The translations under genes were made by a program, and so were the position numbers. From the NCBI RefSeq assembly GCF_009914755.1, contig NC_060944.1: a DNA stretch of 64,000 bases, one strand, 5' to 3'. Of this stretch, positions 60,376-64,000 are shown piece after piece; the first letter of the stretch is position 1, and the number at the start of each line of letters is the position of its first letter. Source of the DNA: the human T2T-CHM13v2.0 reference genome, Homo sapiens. Under the pieces are notes generated by a model that saw nothing but the letters and a program-made list of their open reading frames with translations, did no database searches and was not told the origin of the DNA.

Positions 60376-61040
60376 AAGTCAACGAAGGCCTGCGCGCCTG
60401 CTGGATGCTAGATTGTAGAGTTAAACAGGAGGGTCCAAGTCCTGTTCCTGGGGCTTGTACAGGCCCCAGAGTGGGAGAGGCATTAAGCAAATGTCACATG
60501 GGAAAATGTACAGTCACAAACCAAGACGACTCCTTGGGAAGTACGAACACAGTCCTATGACAGAGGGTAACAAACAAGAGAAGTGAATACATCTAGAGGG
60601 CCAACAATGAGCCTGAGCGAAAAGCTAGAGGATAGCGAGGAACCCACAACACAAGGCAGGGGTGCGGAGGGAGGCAGGAAGAAAATTCCAGGCAGAAGGA
60701 ACAGCATGTGCAAGGCCCTATGGCAGGAGAAAACGGGGTATATGAAATGGATTAAATAGAGGTTCAGAGAAGGGAGGGTTCATGGTACTGGAGAGGCTGC
60801 AGGATAGGACCACCCAGGCAGGGCTGTGCGGGCCACGAGGAGTCAGGCTTTATCTGGAAAGCACACAGAGGCCATTGCAGGGTTGGCAGCTGGTTAGAGA
60901 AAGAGGATGGCTCCTCCAAGGCCAGTTAGAGGCTACTGCAGCCATTTGAAAGATGACGGTGGCTTGGACCAGGGTTGTGAGGTGCATAGAGGAAAAACAG
61001 GTGGATAGAAAGAGATGCCAAGGCTCACACTTCAGGTTAG

Positions 61041-61557
<517 letters not shown>

Positions 61558-61822
61558 TGAGAAGCCCAAGCTGGGAATGTAGGTAGGAGTGTGGGTAAGC
61601 ACAGAAGCTGTGGGCTTGAAGGAGCTCACCTAGGGAGAAAATATCAAGGGAGGTAAGGAAAAGGCCTAGGATGAAACTTTGACCAGCACAAGCACTTAAT
61701 GGCCTTACGGAGGAGGCTGAGCCTACAGAACTGTGGCCAGAGAGGTGGGAGGGTGTGTGGTATGCAGAAGGCCAGGCCGTCAGATGTCAAGGAGAAGCGA
61801 GCAACGGTTCACAGGGTTAGCA

Positions 61823-62840
<1,018 letters not shown>

Positions 62841-63450
62841 TGGTCAGGCCCTGCTGGAGGTCACAGGATGGAAGGGCAGAAACTTGTCCGTCGGGCTAAA
62901 AGCGCAGGCACTGGGGGCTTCAGAGGAGTAGTTCTTAACCCCGGCTGCAAGTTAGGAGCACGGGAAGTTCTGGCCAGTTCCCAAGGCCTCAACCCCATCT
63001 GAGGTCAATTAAAGAAAAATCCTTGGTGGCAGGCCCAGGTGGAGGACTTTTTTTAAAAAAACACGTAGTCAAGATTGGGAACCACTGCCGTAGAGGAACC
63101 GTTCTAGAGGCCTGAGTGAGGGTAGAATCCACATGGGAATAAGGTAAGAAAGAAGTGGAGGTAAGAAGAGGAAGAAGGTTTAGACTACTCTTTCACAATT
63201 TTGCCCCTAAAGGAACTAGCAGCCTTGGAGGGGGCAGGACGTGCATGTGGGTCAAGAGAATGGCAGGCTTTTTCAAAGGGGCATGTCTTGGGCAAGTTTA
63301 AACACCCATGGGGATGATTGAGGCTGAGTGAAAGGAGTTGCATGAGGTTACTGGGAAGGTAGGAGGAAGTCAGAAAGTCAGAAGGTCAAACCAGGCCTGG
63401 CCTTGGAGCCCCTGAGAACAGGAGGATCAGGCAGTGAATGGGGGCGGTAG

Positions 63451-63840
<390 letters not shown>

Positions 63841-64000
63841 AAAAGTATTTAAATGCCAATTCAAGAGCCCACCTCCCAGCTCTGCTTTACTCTGGCACAA
63901 CAATTGGCAATGTTCAGAGTGGAATCTTCCCATCTGCCTGGGGCCCTGAGTGATCCAAGGAGCCGAAACCTCACTGGAGGCCCTGGAGGGACAAGCAGTA

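Overview
Primate (apparently human, chr20q13.12) DNA holding two convergent genes. On the + strand is the 3' part of PKIG (PKA inhibitor gamma): two non-coding exons at 4353-4499 and 11566-11635, coding exons at 36306-36479 and 40057-~40810, giving a 76-aa protein. On the - strand are ADA (adenosine deaminase) exons 2-12 (58060 to ~41300); exon 1 and the promoter lie beyond the right edge. All splice junctions were read by eye, are GT-AG and keep frame. The rest is intronic and dense in Alu, L1, MaLR LTR, MIR/L2 and microsatellites, and most ORFs in the track are repeat-derived noise. I found no new gene or multi-gene system. The most promising unexplained features are: (1) a ~220-bp, ~90%-identical non-Alu inverted duplication in a PKIG intron; (2) a 44-bp minisatellite in which every unit carries a 5' splice site, downstream of a plausible acceptor; (3) layered translational control of PKIG (an in-frame GTG extension, two uORFs, and a stop-free 174-nt exon that would be a rolling-circle ORF if back-spliced); (4) a 53-bp direct repeat bracketing ADA exon 5; (5) reciprocal antisense poly(A) signals in the two facing 3' UTRs. 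All functional readings are hypotheses.
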